From Eledone cirrhosa (lineage: Eukaryota): 64,000 nt of DNA. Below are positions 11,871 through 24,863 of the stretch, one piece after another (position 1 is the first letter of the stretch; the number at the start of each line of letters is the position of its first letter). Under the pieces are notes generated by a model, which saw only the letters and a program-made list of their open reading frames with translations, did no database searches and had not been told where the DNA came from. The position numbers and the translations under genes are program-made. Location of the stretch: positions 392,150,001 to 392,214,000 of the forward strand of contig OZ024740.1 in the NCBI GenBank assembly GCA_964016885.1, written 5' to 3'.

Positions 11871-14800
11871 TAGTTTTGCTTTTTGTTACTCGCTGGTAAA
11901 CATTCATAACCTTCCAGCTAGCTACCCCACATCCCACCCACCCGCCCCCACACACCACCATTCTTAATACGTGGACCAATCATAAGCCAGAGACCCCCCC
12001 CCCCACACGCATCACCATTATTACTATAAGCCAGAGACCCCCCCCCCCCACACGCATCACCATTTTTATTATTACGCGGACCAATCATAAGCCAGAGGCC
12101 TATACTATCGCTTGCACGGTTGCCTTCGATATATGATGGATGGATGGATGGACGGACTGCGGAATCCTGGAGAGTGGAGGGGAGAGAAAAATCTGGACGC
12201 TCAGAGCGAAAATGCCAATGCTAAAGTCAAATTCACCTCGTGGACGAGAATGCGAGCACTCTTCTTTGTTTCGCCCGCGGATGGCTAACATAACCCCATC
12301 TCCCCCCGCCCCACACCACCCCCACCCTCCAAACGCGATCCAAAACTTCAGAGTTGGTACCATAAATGTAGGCACCCTAAAGGGGCGCGCTAACGAGGTT
12401 GTAGAAATGCTTGAACGTAAGGAGGTCGATGTTTGTTGTATTCAAGAGACCAGGTGGAGGGGTGGGTCTGCTAGATTCATTGAGGGTAAAAAACGATGTT
12501 ATAAGCTTTTCTGGGTGGGAAACGACGATGGGCTGGGTGGAGTAGGAATCATGGTAGCAGAAAAGTGGGCGGATAAGATAATAGACGTAAATAGAGTGAA
12601 CGACAGAATAATTAAAATACGACTTGTCCTCAATAGAACTACGGTGACAGTAATATCTGCGTATGCACCCCAATCCGGACTGCCCGGCACTATAAAAGAC
12701 AGATTCTATGAGACACTGATGCTCACTACCTCCCAAATATCTGACAGTGACTATATAATTATTGCAGGCGACCTAAATGGTCACGTTGGGCAACATTGTG
12801 ACGGCTACGACGAAATCCATGGAGACTATGGGTTTGGTACTAGAAATGAGGAAGGCTCCAGAATCCTGGAATTCTGTGATGCAAATAACCTAACTATCTG
12901 TAACACTAACTTCAAAAAACGTGACAATCACCTGATCACCTATAGATCCGGGGAACACACAAGCCAGGTAGATTATATCCTTACCAGAAGACGTGACAGA
13001 GTGTCTGTTGTAAACACTAAATCCCTCCCCCATGAAGAATGCACCTCCCAACATAGACTGATAATTAGCGACCTCATAGTCAGGTCGAGACGTACTCGAC
13101 AGCAGAAGAGGACTATCCTCAGGAGAAAAATATGGAAGCTAAAGGACCCCACAGCCAAAAATAAATTTCAAAACATATTACTTGATGCTTTCGACAGTAA
13201 GGAAGAACACTTAGAGTCGGACAATATAGAGGGACAGTGGGAATTTCTGAAAGCAAACCTGCTGTTGGCCACAGACGAAGTCTGTGGCTGGAGCAGGCCT
13301 GTAGGCAGGAGGAGAGTAACATGGTGGTGGAACAGTAAGGTGGAGGAGTCAATTAAGGCCAAAAAGCAGGCTTGGAAAGTATGGCGGGATGGGGGAAGTA
13401 GAGTAGACTATCAAGTGGCCAGGAGGGAAGCTAGGAGAGAAGTGTACTTAGCAAGAAGGGAAGCTGAGGAAAGAAAGTTCAAGCATGTCCTACAACGCGA
13501 TGACCAAAAACGTGAGGTGTTCAGGATTGCTAGGCAATGCGTCAAGGAAAATCGTGATATTGTCGGGGAGAAGTGTGTACTTAACGATGATGGCATACTT
13601 GCCATCACCGACACTGATAAGAAGGCAGCTTGGAAGTGTCACTATGAAAGGCTACTAAATGAGGAGAATAAATGGGAGAAAGACAGTCTCCCCCATGTCG
13701 ACCCAATAGAGGGACCAGCAGTGTTAGTCGAGGGGAGTATAATAAGTAAGGCAATCAAGGATATGAAGACAGGTAAGGCGGCTGGGCCTTCGGAAATAGT
13801 TGCTGAGATGCTGAAGGCATCTGGCACGGTGGGACACACCATGGTCACCCGCATAGTTAACCAAGTCGTACAGAATGGGGTTGTTCCGAAGGACTGGCAT
13901 AGCAGCATCATCGTTAACTGTTATAAGGGTAAAGGAGACGCCCTAGATAGGAGTAACTATAGAGGCATTAAATTAATCGACCAGGTCATGAAGGTCACAG
14001 AAAAAGTAATAGCGCAACTAATCAGAGAGAGAATTGACCTAGATGAAATGCAGTTCGGGTTTGTGTCAGGCAAAAGTACCACAGACGCTCTTTTCATAGT
14101 ACGACAACTACAGGAGAAGTACCTAGCTAAAGGTAAACCCCTCTACTTAGCTTTTGTCGACTTGGAGAAAGCCTTCGACAGAGTCCCCCGCTCCATTATC
14201 TGGTGGGCTCTTAGAAAACTAGGCGTTGACGAATGGCTTGTGAGGGCTATACAAGCCATGTATAAAGAAACAGTCAGCAAGGTTAGAATTAACAACGAAT
14301 ATAGTGAAGAGTTTAGCGTAAAAGTTGGCGTCCATCAGGGCTCTGTTCTCAGCCCCCTACTATTTATTATTGCCCTTCAGGCTATAACAGAGGAGTTCAA
14401 GACAGGCTGCCCATGGGAACTCCTATACGCAGACGACCTGACACTCATAGCGGAATCAATGGCCGAGCTAGAGAAGAAATTCCAAACATGGAAGCACGGC
14501 CTAGAGTCAAAAGGACTTAAAATTAACCTGGCTAAGACCAAAGTTCTAGTTTGTAGGAAAGAAAACAAGGCGGCGGTCCCTTCTGGGAAATGGTCGTGCT
14601 CGGTGTGTAGGAAAGGCGTAGGTAGAAACTCCATTTTGTGTCCTAAATGCAAAGTATGGGTGCATAAAAGATGTAGTGGGATCACAGGTAAGCTAACTAA
14701 GAACATAGATTTTACATGTGGCCGGTGTTCTGGTGCAATAAGTAGCAGCAAGTGCCCACACAATACTAGCTCTTTCAATTGCGCAGAGGGTTCTATAGAA

Positions 14801-15750
14801 ATAGTGGACAGCTTCCGTTACCTGGGCGATAAAATCAGCAGTGGGGGAGGGTGCTCTGAAAGTACTGTAGCTAGAGTCAGAACTGGTTGGAAAAAGTTCA
14901 GAGAGCTTATACCACTATTAGCTGCTAAATGGTTCTCCCTAAAAATGAAAGGCAGGTTGTACGATGCCTGCATACGAACAGCAATGTTGCATGGCAGTGA
15001 GACCTGGGCATTGTGTGCAGAGGATATACGCAGACTAGAGAGGAACGAAGCTTGCATGCTCCGCTGGATGTGTAACAGTAATATACGTGAACGGCAAAGC
15101 ATAAACGAACTAAGGAAAAAATTAGAGATAAGAGGGATCAGATGTTGTTTACTCGAGAGAAGGCTACGTTGGTATGGACACGTGATGCGCATGAAAGTCG
15201 ATAGCTGTATAACAAAGTGCAGGGCAATAAAGATAGACGGTAGCCACGGAATAGGCAGACCTAGAAAAACCTGGGACGAGCTGATAAACTCCGACCTCAC
15301 ACACTTACACCTCTCCAAGACAATGTCACTGGACCGAGACCTTTGGCGGTACTCAGTAACAGAGAAGACCCGCCTTGCCAGTAGGCATCTCTAACAAAAT
15401 ACACCCCGTCCCACCACCACCACCCCCACCCCATCCACACCACCCCGTCCTATGTAAAGTTATGTTGGTGCCGCGCCATCCGGGCCGAAACAAATGAGAT
15501 CGTGTAGGTGTCACGACAAAAAAACACACAGTCCACGCTGTAATGTGGCCGTGTAGGCAACACGGTAAAAACCTCCCAGACCCACACTGTAAATGTGGTT
15601 GGTGTTAGGAAGGGCATCCAACTGTAGAAAACCTGCCAGACAGTCCTATGCGAGCAAGACAATCACTCTTGCCTCAAGTGGGACTACCCCCGTCCAAACC
15701 CATGCAAGCGTGGAACACGGACGTTAAACGTTGATGATGATGATGATGAT
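11871..15750 (+). mobile_element. Near full-length RTE-clade LINE (subfamily A)
   Basis: 5' UTR with CCAAT-containing repeats, single long ORF, about 350-bp 3' UTR, terminal stem-loop and (GAT)n tail running into a TA array. Confidence 0.95.
12140..15394 (+). CDS. RTE ORF: APE endonuclease, reverse transcriptase, PHD-type finger
   Basis: APE motifs GTINVG, CIQETRW, SAYAPQ, GDLNGH, VDYIL, SQHRL; RT motifs NYRGIKL, QFGF, FVDLEKAFD, GVHQGSVLSP, YADD, FRYLG. The true start may be a downstream Met such as 12281. Confidence 0.93.
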   Translation: MDGWTDCGILESGGERKIWTLRAKMPMLKSNSPRGRECEHSSLFRPRMANITPSPPAPHHPHPPNAIQNFRVGTINVGTLKGRANEVVEMLERKEVDVCCIQETRWRGGSARFIEGKKRCYKLFWVGNDDGLGGVGIMVAEKWADKIIDVNRVNDRIIKIRLVLNRTTVTVISAYAPQSGLPGTIKDRFYETLMLTTSQISDSDYIIIAGDLNGHVGQHCDGYDEIHGDYGFGTRNEEGSRILEFCDANNLTICNTNFKKRDNHLITYRSGEHTSQVDYILTRRRDRVSVVNTKSLPHEECTSQHRLIISDLIVRSRRTRQQKRTILRRKIWKLKDPTAKNKFQNILLDAFDSKEEHLESDNIEGQWEFLKANLLLATDEVCGWSRPVGRRRVTWWWNSKVEESIKAKKQAWKVWRDGGSRVDYQVARREARREVYLARREAEERKFKHVLQRDDQKREVFRIARQCVKENRDIVGEKCVLNDDGILAITDTDKKAAWKCHYERLLNEENKWEKDSLPHVDPIEGPAVLVEGSIISKAIKDMKTGKAAGPSEIVAEMLKASGTVGHTMVTRIVNQVVQNGVVPKDWHSSIIVNCYKGKGDALDRSNYRGIKLIDQVMKVTEKVIAQLIRERIDLDEMQFGFVSGKSTTDALFIVRQLQEKYLAKGKPLYLAFVDLEKAFDRVPRSIIWWALRKLGVDEWLVRAIQAMYKETVSKVRINNEYSEEFSVKVGVHQGSVLSPLLFIIALQAITEEFKTGCPWELLYADDLTLIAESMAELEKKFQTWKHGLESKGLKINLAKTKVLVCRKENKAAVPSGKWSCSVCRKGVGRNSILCPKCKVWVHKRCSGITGKLTKNIDFTCGRCSGAISSSKCPHNTSSFNCAEGSIEIVDSFRYLGDKISSGGGCSESTVARVRTGWKKFRELIPLLAAKWFSLKMKGRLYDACIRTAMLHGSETWALCAEDIRRLERNEACMLRWMCNSNIRERQSINELRKKLEIRGIRCCLLERRLRWYGHVMRMKVDSCITKCRAIKIDGSHGIGRPRKTWDELINSDLTHLHLSKTMSLDRDLWRYSVTEKTRLASRHL

Positions 15751-16126
15751 GTATGTATATATATGTATGTATATATGTATGTATATATATATATGTATAT
15801 ATATATGTATGTATATATGTATGTATATATGTATATGTATATATATATGTATATATATGTATGTATATATATATGTATGTATATATATATATGTATGTAT
15901 ATATATATATATCAATGTATATATACGTGTATGTATGTATATATATGTATATATATATATGTATATATATGTATGTATATATATATGTATGTATATATGT
16001 ATATATATGTATATATATGTATATATATATGTATATATATGTATATATGTATATATATGTGTATATATATATATGTATGTATATACATGTGTATATATGT
16101 ATATATATGTATATATGTATATATAC

Positions 16127-16166
<40 letters not shown>

Positions 16167-16168
<2 letters not shown>

Positions 16169-16730
16169 CTGCGTGCAGGAGAGGCGGTTACGCTGGTATG
16201 GACATGTGATGCGTATGAAGGATGACAGCTGCATAAAAAGGTGCAGAGCACTAGAAGTTGATGGAAACCGCGGAGTGGGGAGACCCAAGATGACTTGGGA
16301 TGAGGTGATAAAAGCCGACCTTACCCAACTACACCTCTCAAAGTCAATGACACACGACCGTGACTTCTGGCGTCACGCAGTAATACAGGGTACCCGACCT
16401 CCCATGGGTACATGCTGAAGCATATAAACAATATGCCCCCCCCCCCCCCCCCCACCGCAAGGTGGTCGTGGAGGTGCCACGGCAAAAAAGCACCCAGCCC
16501 ACACTGTAAAGTGGACGTGTAGGCGCCACGAAAAAGCACCCAGCACTCACTGTAAATGAGGTTGGTGTTAGGAAGGGCATCCAGCTGTAGAAATCAAGCC
16601 AGATCAGTTCCTGTATGAGCAAGGCATGGTCAGCCGACCAGACACTGCCCACAACAGGACAACCCGTCTAACCCATGCTAGCGTGGAAGAACGGACGTAA
16701 AACGGTGATGATGATGATGATGATGATGAT
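16167..16730 (+). mobile_element. RTE LINE 3' fragment (subfamily B)
   Basis: [18 protein letters not shown]-type 3' UTR, (GAT)n tail; flanked by TA repeats. Confidence 0.92.
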
Positions 16731-16749
16731 GTATATACATATATGTATA

Positions 16750-17346
16750 CTAGCAGTGGTACCCGGTGTTGCACGGGATAAGTTATTTTAGAATGCGGGC
16801 CACTAACAGACCTAATCATGGAAAACCTTGATGCCTGGACATTATGTAAAGAAAATAAACAGAATACTCTGATGGCTGGATAATTTACGATTTTCGTCTA
16901 TGAAGCAGGAAACATGCAGGTTTTCACCTTATGAATCAAGAAAATGAATTTATTTTATGTGCATAATATGCCTTGAAATTTCGGGAAAATCGGCCAGGCG
17001 TAACGCCTCAAAAAAGCCCTAAAAAGCTGAAAAACGAATAGGAAGGTCAATGCGGGCCGTAGGCCCTTAAAAGGTTGGATTTTCTTTGCTCACAGTATGA
17101 AGAAGAGACTGACTAATACATAGTTACAATTTCAAGGAAATCCATCTGATGTAACGCCTCAAAAAACCCCTAAAAAGCTGGAAAAAAACGCAGTTTTTCA
17201 CCTAATATGGGCCCTAAGGCATAACACTCCCTGAAACATAAGTAATAGACATGTAAAGTTTGAAAAAAATCGGTTGGGTACTTCTCGGGTTTCTCACACA
17301 CACATACATACATCCTTCCTCAGTTTTATATATATACATATATAGA
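16750..17346 (-). mobile_element. Non-autonomous Helitron
   Basis: Minus strand starts A|TCTATATGTATATATATAAAACTG and ends CTAG|T, with subterminal hairpin CCCGGTGTTGCACGGG (16762-16777); internal duplication near 17000 and 17151. Confidence 0.8.
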
Positions 17347-18042
17347 TTAAAATTTATGCAAAGAATCATTGCTTTCACTGTTAACGGGATCTTCTGAAAC
17401 TAAAAACATAAATCTGTGAACGCAGAAGTAAATATTTCGAAAAACATTGCAACCAAAGGAAAACAGGAAGACGATACTTTGGTTCGTAAAGACGTTCCCT
17501 GACAATGAACGGATAATAGCAAACAAAATACGTCATCAATGTTCGTCAGAATATCGTAATGCAGACAGCCAGGCATACAGACAGATATTATAAGAGCGTG
17601 ACGGAGACCGATAACCGGCGCCTAACACCCCTTTAACAACAGAAAATTGAAAGGCTGTGTGTTCGAATCACATTGGGGTCACCATTTTTAGCAGTAATGT
17701 ATATATAATGTAATAGGGGGGCCATGAGTATCATAATAATGATGTCAACAGCAGAAATAAGAGATGAAATGTATGTTTATTTTGTTGTAGCACAAAGTAA
17801 TGTTTGTTAAATTGTGTGGTTGAAGTTAAACATAAAAGGGTTACAAAAGGAATGTGTCATTGTGCCAGGCCCAAAGAAGGCCAACAGGCCAAAGTGCAAA
17901 TCTCACCGTTACATATTGTTTGTGTTAATTCTTCGGCGTTCAAGCAGCAAGAGAGGGATTTCTCGAATCGACGTGGGAACTTTTCCCTTGGGTCACATAG
18001 AGATACATTCTCCTCCGCTGGCGGTCATTGGCTGGGCTGAGC

Positions 18043-18045
<3 letters not shown>

Positions 18046-18093
<48 letters not shown>

Positions 18094-18248
18094 ATATGTG
18101 TATATATATATATATGTATGTATATATATGTGTGTATATATATATATATATATGTATGTATATATGTGTATATATATATATATGTATATATGTGTATATA
18201 TATATATATATGTATGTATATATGTGTATATATATATATATGTATGTA

Positions 18249-18279
<31 letters not shown>

Positions 18280-18312
18280 GTGTATGTATATATGTGTATA
18301 TATATATGTATG

Positions 18313-18345
<33 letters not shown>

Positions 18346-18490
18346 ATATGTATATATATATGTATATATGTGTATATATATATATGTATATATATAAATA
18401 TATATGTATATATATATGTATGTATATATGTATAGATATATATGTATGTATATATATATGTATGTATGTATGTATATATGTATGTATATA
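18046..18490. repeat. G-interrupted (TA)n array
   Basis: Directly visible; a further array occupies about 18750-19240. Confidence 0.95.
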
Positions 18491-18749
18491 TCTAAGTCTA
18501 AAGTCTGTCTCAAGCCTGAAGGCTCATTTGGTCGGTTCTTATCCTGGTTTCATGGCGTGAAGCGACTGAGAGTACAAGACTCCCCCGTGGACAAGACGCC
18601 AGTCCATCGCAAGGTTAAACCTCCAGCTATTGCTGGTATCATTTCCAGCTGAGTATACTGGAGCAACGTGAAATGAAGTGTTTTGCTCAAGAATACAACA
18701 CACAACCCAGGAATCGAGCCCACGACATTATGATCGTAAGTCCAACACA
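18491..18749 (-). mobile_element. tRNA-derived SINE, CORE/V-SINE-like, 5'-clipped
   Basis: Minus strand GGCTCGATTCC (B box) then TGTGTTGTATTCTTGAGCAAAACACTTCATTTCACGTTGCTCCAG core and an ACTTTAGACTTAG tail. Confidence 0.65.
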
Positions 18750-18807
18750 TGTATGGATATGTGTATGTATATATATATATATGTATATATATATATGTAT
18801 GTGTATG

Positions 18808-18861
<54 letters not shown>

Positions 18862-18892
18862 TATATATGTATCTAAATCATGTGTGTGTATG

Positions 18893-18948
<56 letters not shown>

Positions 18949-19042
18949 CATATATGTAGATATAGGTAAAGATATTTGTATATATATATATGTATGTATG
19001 TATATATATATGTGTGTATAGATATATATACATAGTAATATA

Positions 19043-19201
<159 letters not shown>

Positions 19202-20117
19202 TATGTGTGTGTATGTATGTATATGTAGATATATATAAAGGCTATATATGTTTGCTAACAGAAGTTTGAAGTTTGTCAGAGGTAGCCAGTTTAAGCCTGA
19301 AGCTATGATGGCCAATCATATGAAATACTTCTACAGGAAAATGACATTAATGCAAAGAAATTCTAGCATGAAAACATTTTTCTGTCAAGTAGTGAATGCC
19401 ACAGGGTGGTGGGGTAGAATAATCTGGCTGACTTACAGCTGGAAATGCCAAATGTTTTGCCCCCAAAATTGTTCTGATTAGTATTTTTAAATGGTTTCTG
19501 ACTTATGAACTGCTCTTGGACCTTAAGAGATTAATTAATAATTATTAATGTTAAGCCTATAAACTAAATTCTAGTCTCAATGTATTACATTCTGAGTTCA
19601 AAATCATGCTGAGAATTGTGTATCAAAGATAAACATTTAATTGAATTGACCTTAATATATTAAAATATATTAGTTAGCTATGTGTTTAGTCAAAAGAAAA
19701 CTAATATGTATATAGAATAGACCCATAAGAGATGTAGTGACACCAGGATTGACAAGAAATAGCTCTAAGAGCTGTACAAGTCTGTTTGTAGTAAGACGAA
19801 TTAAGTAACATATAGAACAAGCATATATGAAATGCTAATTGTATTTGGCATGTCTATTTTATGGAATGTATTTGGGATAACAGGGGAAGAACTTAAGCTA
19901 CTGAGGACGAACCTTCCATAGGATAGCATGCTAGTCTCTCACAAATAACTCACCTGAAGATCTGATTTGATACTTGAACTGATTTGTAGGAGCATGCATG
20001 GCTGTATTGTTAAGGAATTCACTTTGTAATTTTGTGGTTTTGTGTTCAATTTCACTGCATGATACCTTGAACATAGCTTTGTGTTGATCAAAACATGTAA
20101 AGCGAATTTGGTAGACA

Positions 20118-22163
20118 GAAGATTACTAAATGAGGAGAATGCATGGGAAGAAGAGACCCTACCCCAAGTAGACCCTATAGAGTGGCCAGCAGTACAAGTC
20201 AGCAGCAGCGTAGTAAGTAAGGCAATCAAAGATATGAAGATGGGGAAGGCAACCGGTCCATCGGGTATAGCTGCCGAGATGCTGAAGGCATCTAGGTCTG
20301 TAGGTCACACTATAACCACACGTATCGTTAACCAGGTAATACTAGAAGGTGTCATAACAAAAGATTGGTGCAGTAACATCATTGTCAACTGCTACAAAGG
20401 TAAAGGTGATGCACTCGATAGAGGAAACTATAGAGGTATAAAGCTGATGGACCAGGTCATCAAAGTAACAGAAAGAGTTATAGCACAGTTGATTAGGGAC
20501 CGGGTGAAACTAGATGAGATGCAATTTGGGTTTGTACCAGGAAGAGGCACCACTGATGCCCTCTTCCTTGTGAGGCAGTTACAGGAAAAGTACCTAGCTA
20601 AAAGTAAGCCACTCTACCTGGCATTCGTCGATCTCGAGAAAGCCTTTGACAGAGTTCCACGTGCTATAATCTGGTGGGCTCTTAGAAAACTAGGAGTAGA
20701 TGAATGGCTTGTGAAAGCTGTACAAGCCATGTATAGGGGAGCAGTCAGCAAAGTTAGGATTAGCAATGAGTATAGCGAGGAATTTAGCGTACAGGTTGGT
20801 GTCCACCAGGGCTCTGTTCTTAGCCCTCTCCTGTTCATTATAGTCCTGCAGGCAATAACGGAGGAGTTTAAGACCGGATGCCCATGGGAACTCCTCTATG
20901 CAGATGACCATGCACTTATAGCTGAATCTATGGTAGAACTAGAGAAGAAATTCCAAACTTGGAAGCAGGGACTAGAAAGAAAGGGTCTCAAAGTCAACAT
21001 CACAAAGACTAAGGTCCTTGTAAGTAGACGAGAAAACAGAACCCAGATCCCCTCAGGGAAATGGCCTTGCTCAGTATGTAGGAAGGGTGTAGGTAGGAAC
21101 TCCATTCTCTGCCCCAAATGCAAACAATGGGTACACAAGAGATGTAGCAGGATCTCAGGAAGCTTAATTAAGAATGTAGGCTTCACATGCAGCAGCTGTA
21201 CTAGGACAGCAAGCAGCAAACAGCCACAGGAAACAAGTACCACCAATCTCTGAGAGGGCTCTGTAGAGACAGTAGACAGCTTCTGCTACCTAGGTGACCG
21301 AATTAGCAGCGGAGGTGGGTGTTCAGAAAGTACAATAACTAGGGTAAGAACGGAATTGAAGAAGTTCAGGGAACTACTACCACTGCTAGCTGCAAAGGCT
21401 TCTCCCTCAAAATGAAAGGCAGACTGTATGATGCGTGTATCCGAACAGCAATGTTACATGGTAGTGAGACCTGGGCGCTGAAGGTGGAAGACTTACGTAG
21501 ATTAGAGAGAAACGAAGCCTGCATGCTCCGATGGATGTGTAATAGTAATATACGCGAACGACAAAGCATAAACGAATTGAGAGAGAGACTGAGCATAAGA
21601 GGAATCAAATGCTGTGTGCAGGAGAGGCGGATGTGTTGGTCTGGACATGTGATGCGTATGAAGGATGACAGCTGCATAAAAAGGTGCAGAGCACTAGAAG
21701 TCGATGGAAACCGCGGAGTGGGGAGACCCAAGATGACCAGGGATGAGGTGATAAAAGCCGACCTTACCCAATTACACCTCTCAAAGGCGATGACACATGA
21801 CCGTGACCTCTGGCGTCACGCAGTAATACAGAGTACCCGACCTCCCATGGGTACAAGCTGAAGCATATAGACAATATACCCCACACCCTCCCACTGCAAG
21901 GTGGTCGTGGAGGTGCCACGGCAAAAAAGCACCCAGCCCACACTGTAAAGTGGACGTGTAGGCGCCACGAAAAAGCACCCAGCACTCACTGTAAATGAGG
22001 TTGGTGTTAGGAAGGGCATCCAGCTGTAAAAATCAAGCCAGAATCAGTTCCTGTATGAGCAAGGCATGGTCAGCCGACCAGACACTGCCCACAACAGGAC
22101 AACCCGTCTAACCCATGCTAGCGTGGAAGAACGGACATAAAACGGTGATGATGATGATGATGA
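20118..22163 (+). mobile_element. 5'-truncated RTE LINE (subfamily B), disrupted
   Basis: ORFs 20081-21253 (RT with YADD plus PHD finger) and 21412-21861 split by frameshifts; B-type UTR and GAT tail. Confidence 0.93.
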
Positions 22164-23666
22164 AGCTGTGCAACTGCCTGTCATCTGCCATAATATTCCG
22201 CAATGTTTGTGTGTATGTCTAATCTGTCCACCTCCCATTCTTTTCTATGTAGCTATCACCAGATTTCTGCTACCACTACAGGGCTGAATCAATTTTTTTA
22301 CTTCTTCACCTGTAACTGTCAATCTCTCTCACATCTTCTTTCCACTCATTTCTCTCATTTTGTGTCTTTTCTTTCTTTTTGCTTAAAATTGTGTTTTTAT
22401 TATTTCTTACTGAAGAAGTTTGGTTTAAATCATACTATGACCTTTTTTGGGGGGAGTGGGGTGGGTAAATTTAATCTGTCACCAAGTCTAATATTACCTC
22501 ATTGTCTTTGGGTGTGATAGAAGTAACTGTTGTAATACTATTAAGAGGAATGGTTTTTTTCTCAAATACCTCTGTTTCCCAACAAAAAATGAAAATCATT
22601 TTAGATTTAAGCTATTTTGCAAAGAGAAATTCATCAACAATGCATTTTTACTGGGACTGCAGTGTCATTAAAACATAAGACAAAATGCCTTGCATTTCAT
22701 CCTGAATTATTAGAGAATCAAATGTGCTTTGGAGTATTTGTTCTTGGTGTTCTGAGTTCAAATCAAACTGTGGCCTACTTGTGTGGTAGATTTAATCCAT
22801 CACTCAGTTTAACACCAGAAGCTAGCCCCTAAATGTCTTTAGCAGAGTCCACTCTGTTGCATGTATTTTGGCCAAGTCTTTTGTTTAAGAGTACCACTTT
22901 TCTTTGTACACACACACACACACAATCACACATATACAAATACATGTGTATACAAAAGAATTATTATACATCAATATTTGTTCAACTCATCAATGTATTG
23001 AAAAATAAATATTGTCAGAATTACAATAGCAGCTCATAGTACCAATTAGTCAGAAAATCAGCTTGTATTGTATGTATTTATGTGTGATTGCATGACTATA
23101 TGTATGTGTGTATATATGTGTTTGTATGTACACAGTGTGTATGTAAAGTGTTTCTTCTGGTAAAATAAATACAAAATGTGTCCACTTAGTAATATAAACA
23201 TTGTAACTAGCCAACCAGCCATTCTATTTCAAAATAACCTGCCTCTACTGTAATTTTGTGTAATGGACATTTAGTGTTCTTCTCCTTTACATTTCACTCA
23301 CACAGCTTTTTATTTTTACTGTTCAGTCAGGGGTGGAAGGGCAGTGACCACAACACTTTTAGGGCCTGTGAGAGAGACAGGAAAGAAGAAGGGCAGGAGG
23401 TATCCCCAAACATGTGACTTAGCCTGAATACTTACAACAGAATGGACTCTGCTGAAGGTTTCATTGGGTGTATTGGGACTGAGAATGTATGGTAGCTATT
23501 CTATGAAAAAAATATTTCTTTCTATTATATTACATTAGTTCAGGTGCACCAGAGTCAACTTTCTTTTTCATTTTTGGGGGTCAATAAAATAAGTACTAGT
23601 CAAGGACTGGAATTAATTCAATCAACTGCTCTCTTCACTAAAAATTAGTGGTTTTGAGCTTATATT

Positions 23667-23943
23667 CATCATCATCTTCATCATCTATTAACATCCTCCT
23701 TCCCTGCTAGTAAGGGTTGTACTGGTCTACATAGACAAAGTCAGTACTTTTACATCAGACACAAAACTATGACACTTTCTGTCTACCAAATATGGCAGAC
23801 ATCTCCACAAATTCCATCTACCAAAATCACTCACAATGCATTGGTCATCCCGGGGCTACAGTTGAAGATGCCACGCAGTGGGACTGAACCAGAAAGTATG
23901 TGGTCCTGAAACAAACTTCATAACTGCACAGTTATGCCTGCAC

Positions 23944-23945
<2 letters not shown>
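23667..23945 (-). mobile_element. Diverged tRNA-derived SINE with an RTE-like 3' end
   Basis: Minus strand GGTTCAGTCCCACTGCGTGGCA head; end CCCTTACTAGCAGGGA hairpin and GATGATG tail like the RTE terminus. Confidence 0.55.
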
Positions 23946-23993
<48 letters not shown>

Positions 23994-24501
23994 CACTCAC
24001 ACAGACACACATGTATGTATGTATGGCAAACCACAATGTGCCCATTGTCCCATGCATCCCCTTTGTCCCATACTCCCAATTTAAAATCCATTATAAAACA
24101 CCTCTGAAAAAAAATGCTACAAACCTAACAATTGAGTTGGCTCTGGTTTATAAAAATACATTATCCTTTTCTGGTCCTTAAATAAATAAATGCCAAACAT
24201 GTAAAGTAGATTAAAACATTTCCAACAATACCATTTCACTCACCATCATGTACCTAATATTAAGCTAACTGGAAGCACAATGAGACACAAATGTAAACAA
24301 CTGCCACTATCATTGTTGCTGCTGGGCATTTCTGAGAGAAAAGACTCTGTGTACACCTTGAAACATCAATAATATGGATTATAGGTTACTAATTTATATG
24401 TTCCTTAAACTAATAAGTGCTACTACTGATACTACTACTACTACTACTACTACTACTACAGTAATCACTGCCCTCTCACCTAAAAATAATTACATGGTAA
24501 G

Positions 24502-24534
<33 letters not shown>

Positions 24535-24536
<2 letters not shown>

Positions 24537-24863
24537 ATGTACCCCCCCCCCCCAGCATTCACAGTCCTGGCATTCGTGGTCCCAGTTATTCGCGGAATTT
24601 TCCTTTGAACCTGAAAAATAATTGTTTGTGGAAACCGCCGTATACTTCCGGGATTTTTTAATGGCTTTTTTGTGGCAATATATATTTTTTCATGCTTTTT
24701 AACATTAAATTATTAGTAACAATATACCGTATTTGCCGGCCTATATTTTACGTTATGTTTTGACTTTTATAGGTGTTTTTGCGGACCACATCCAATATTT
24801 GTGGTTCTTTCACTGTTCGCGGGTGCTCCAGCAATGTAACCCCTGCAAATACCGGGGGACAAC

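Noticed and set aside
12200-12300. Possible HDV-like ribozyme at the RTE 5' end (GGCTAAC resembles J4/2)
   Set aside because: I could not build consistent P1, P2 and P3 pairings; GGCTAAC overlaps the likely start codon ATGGCT.
14377-15318. Recurrent antisense ORFs across RTE copies
   Set aside because: They recur because the copies are near-identical; no independent motif or evidence of function.
20081-20130. Target-site duplication for the 20118-22163 RTE
   Set aside because: Only a 4-bp GAAG match at the two ends, not distinguishable from chance.
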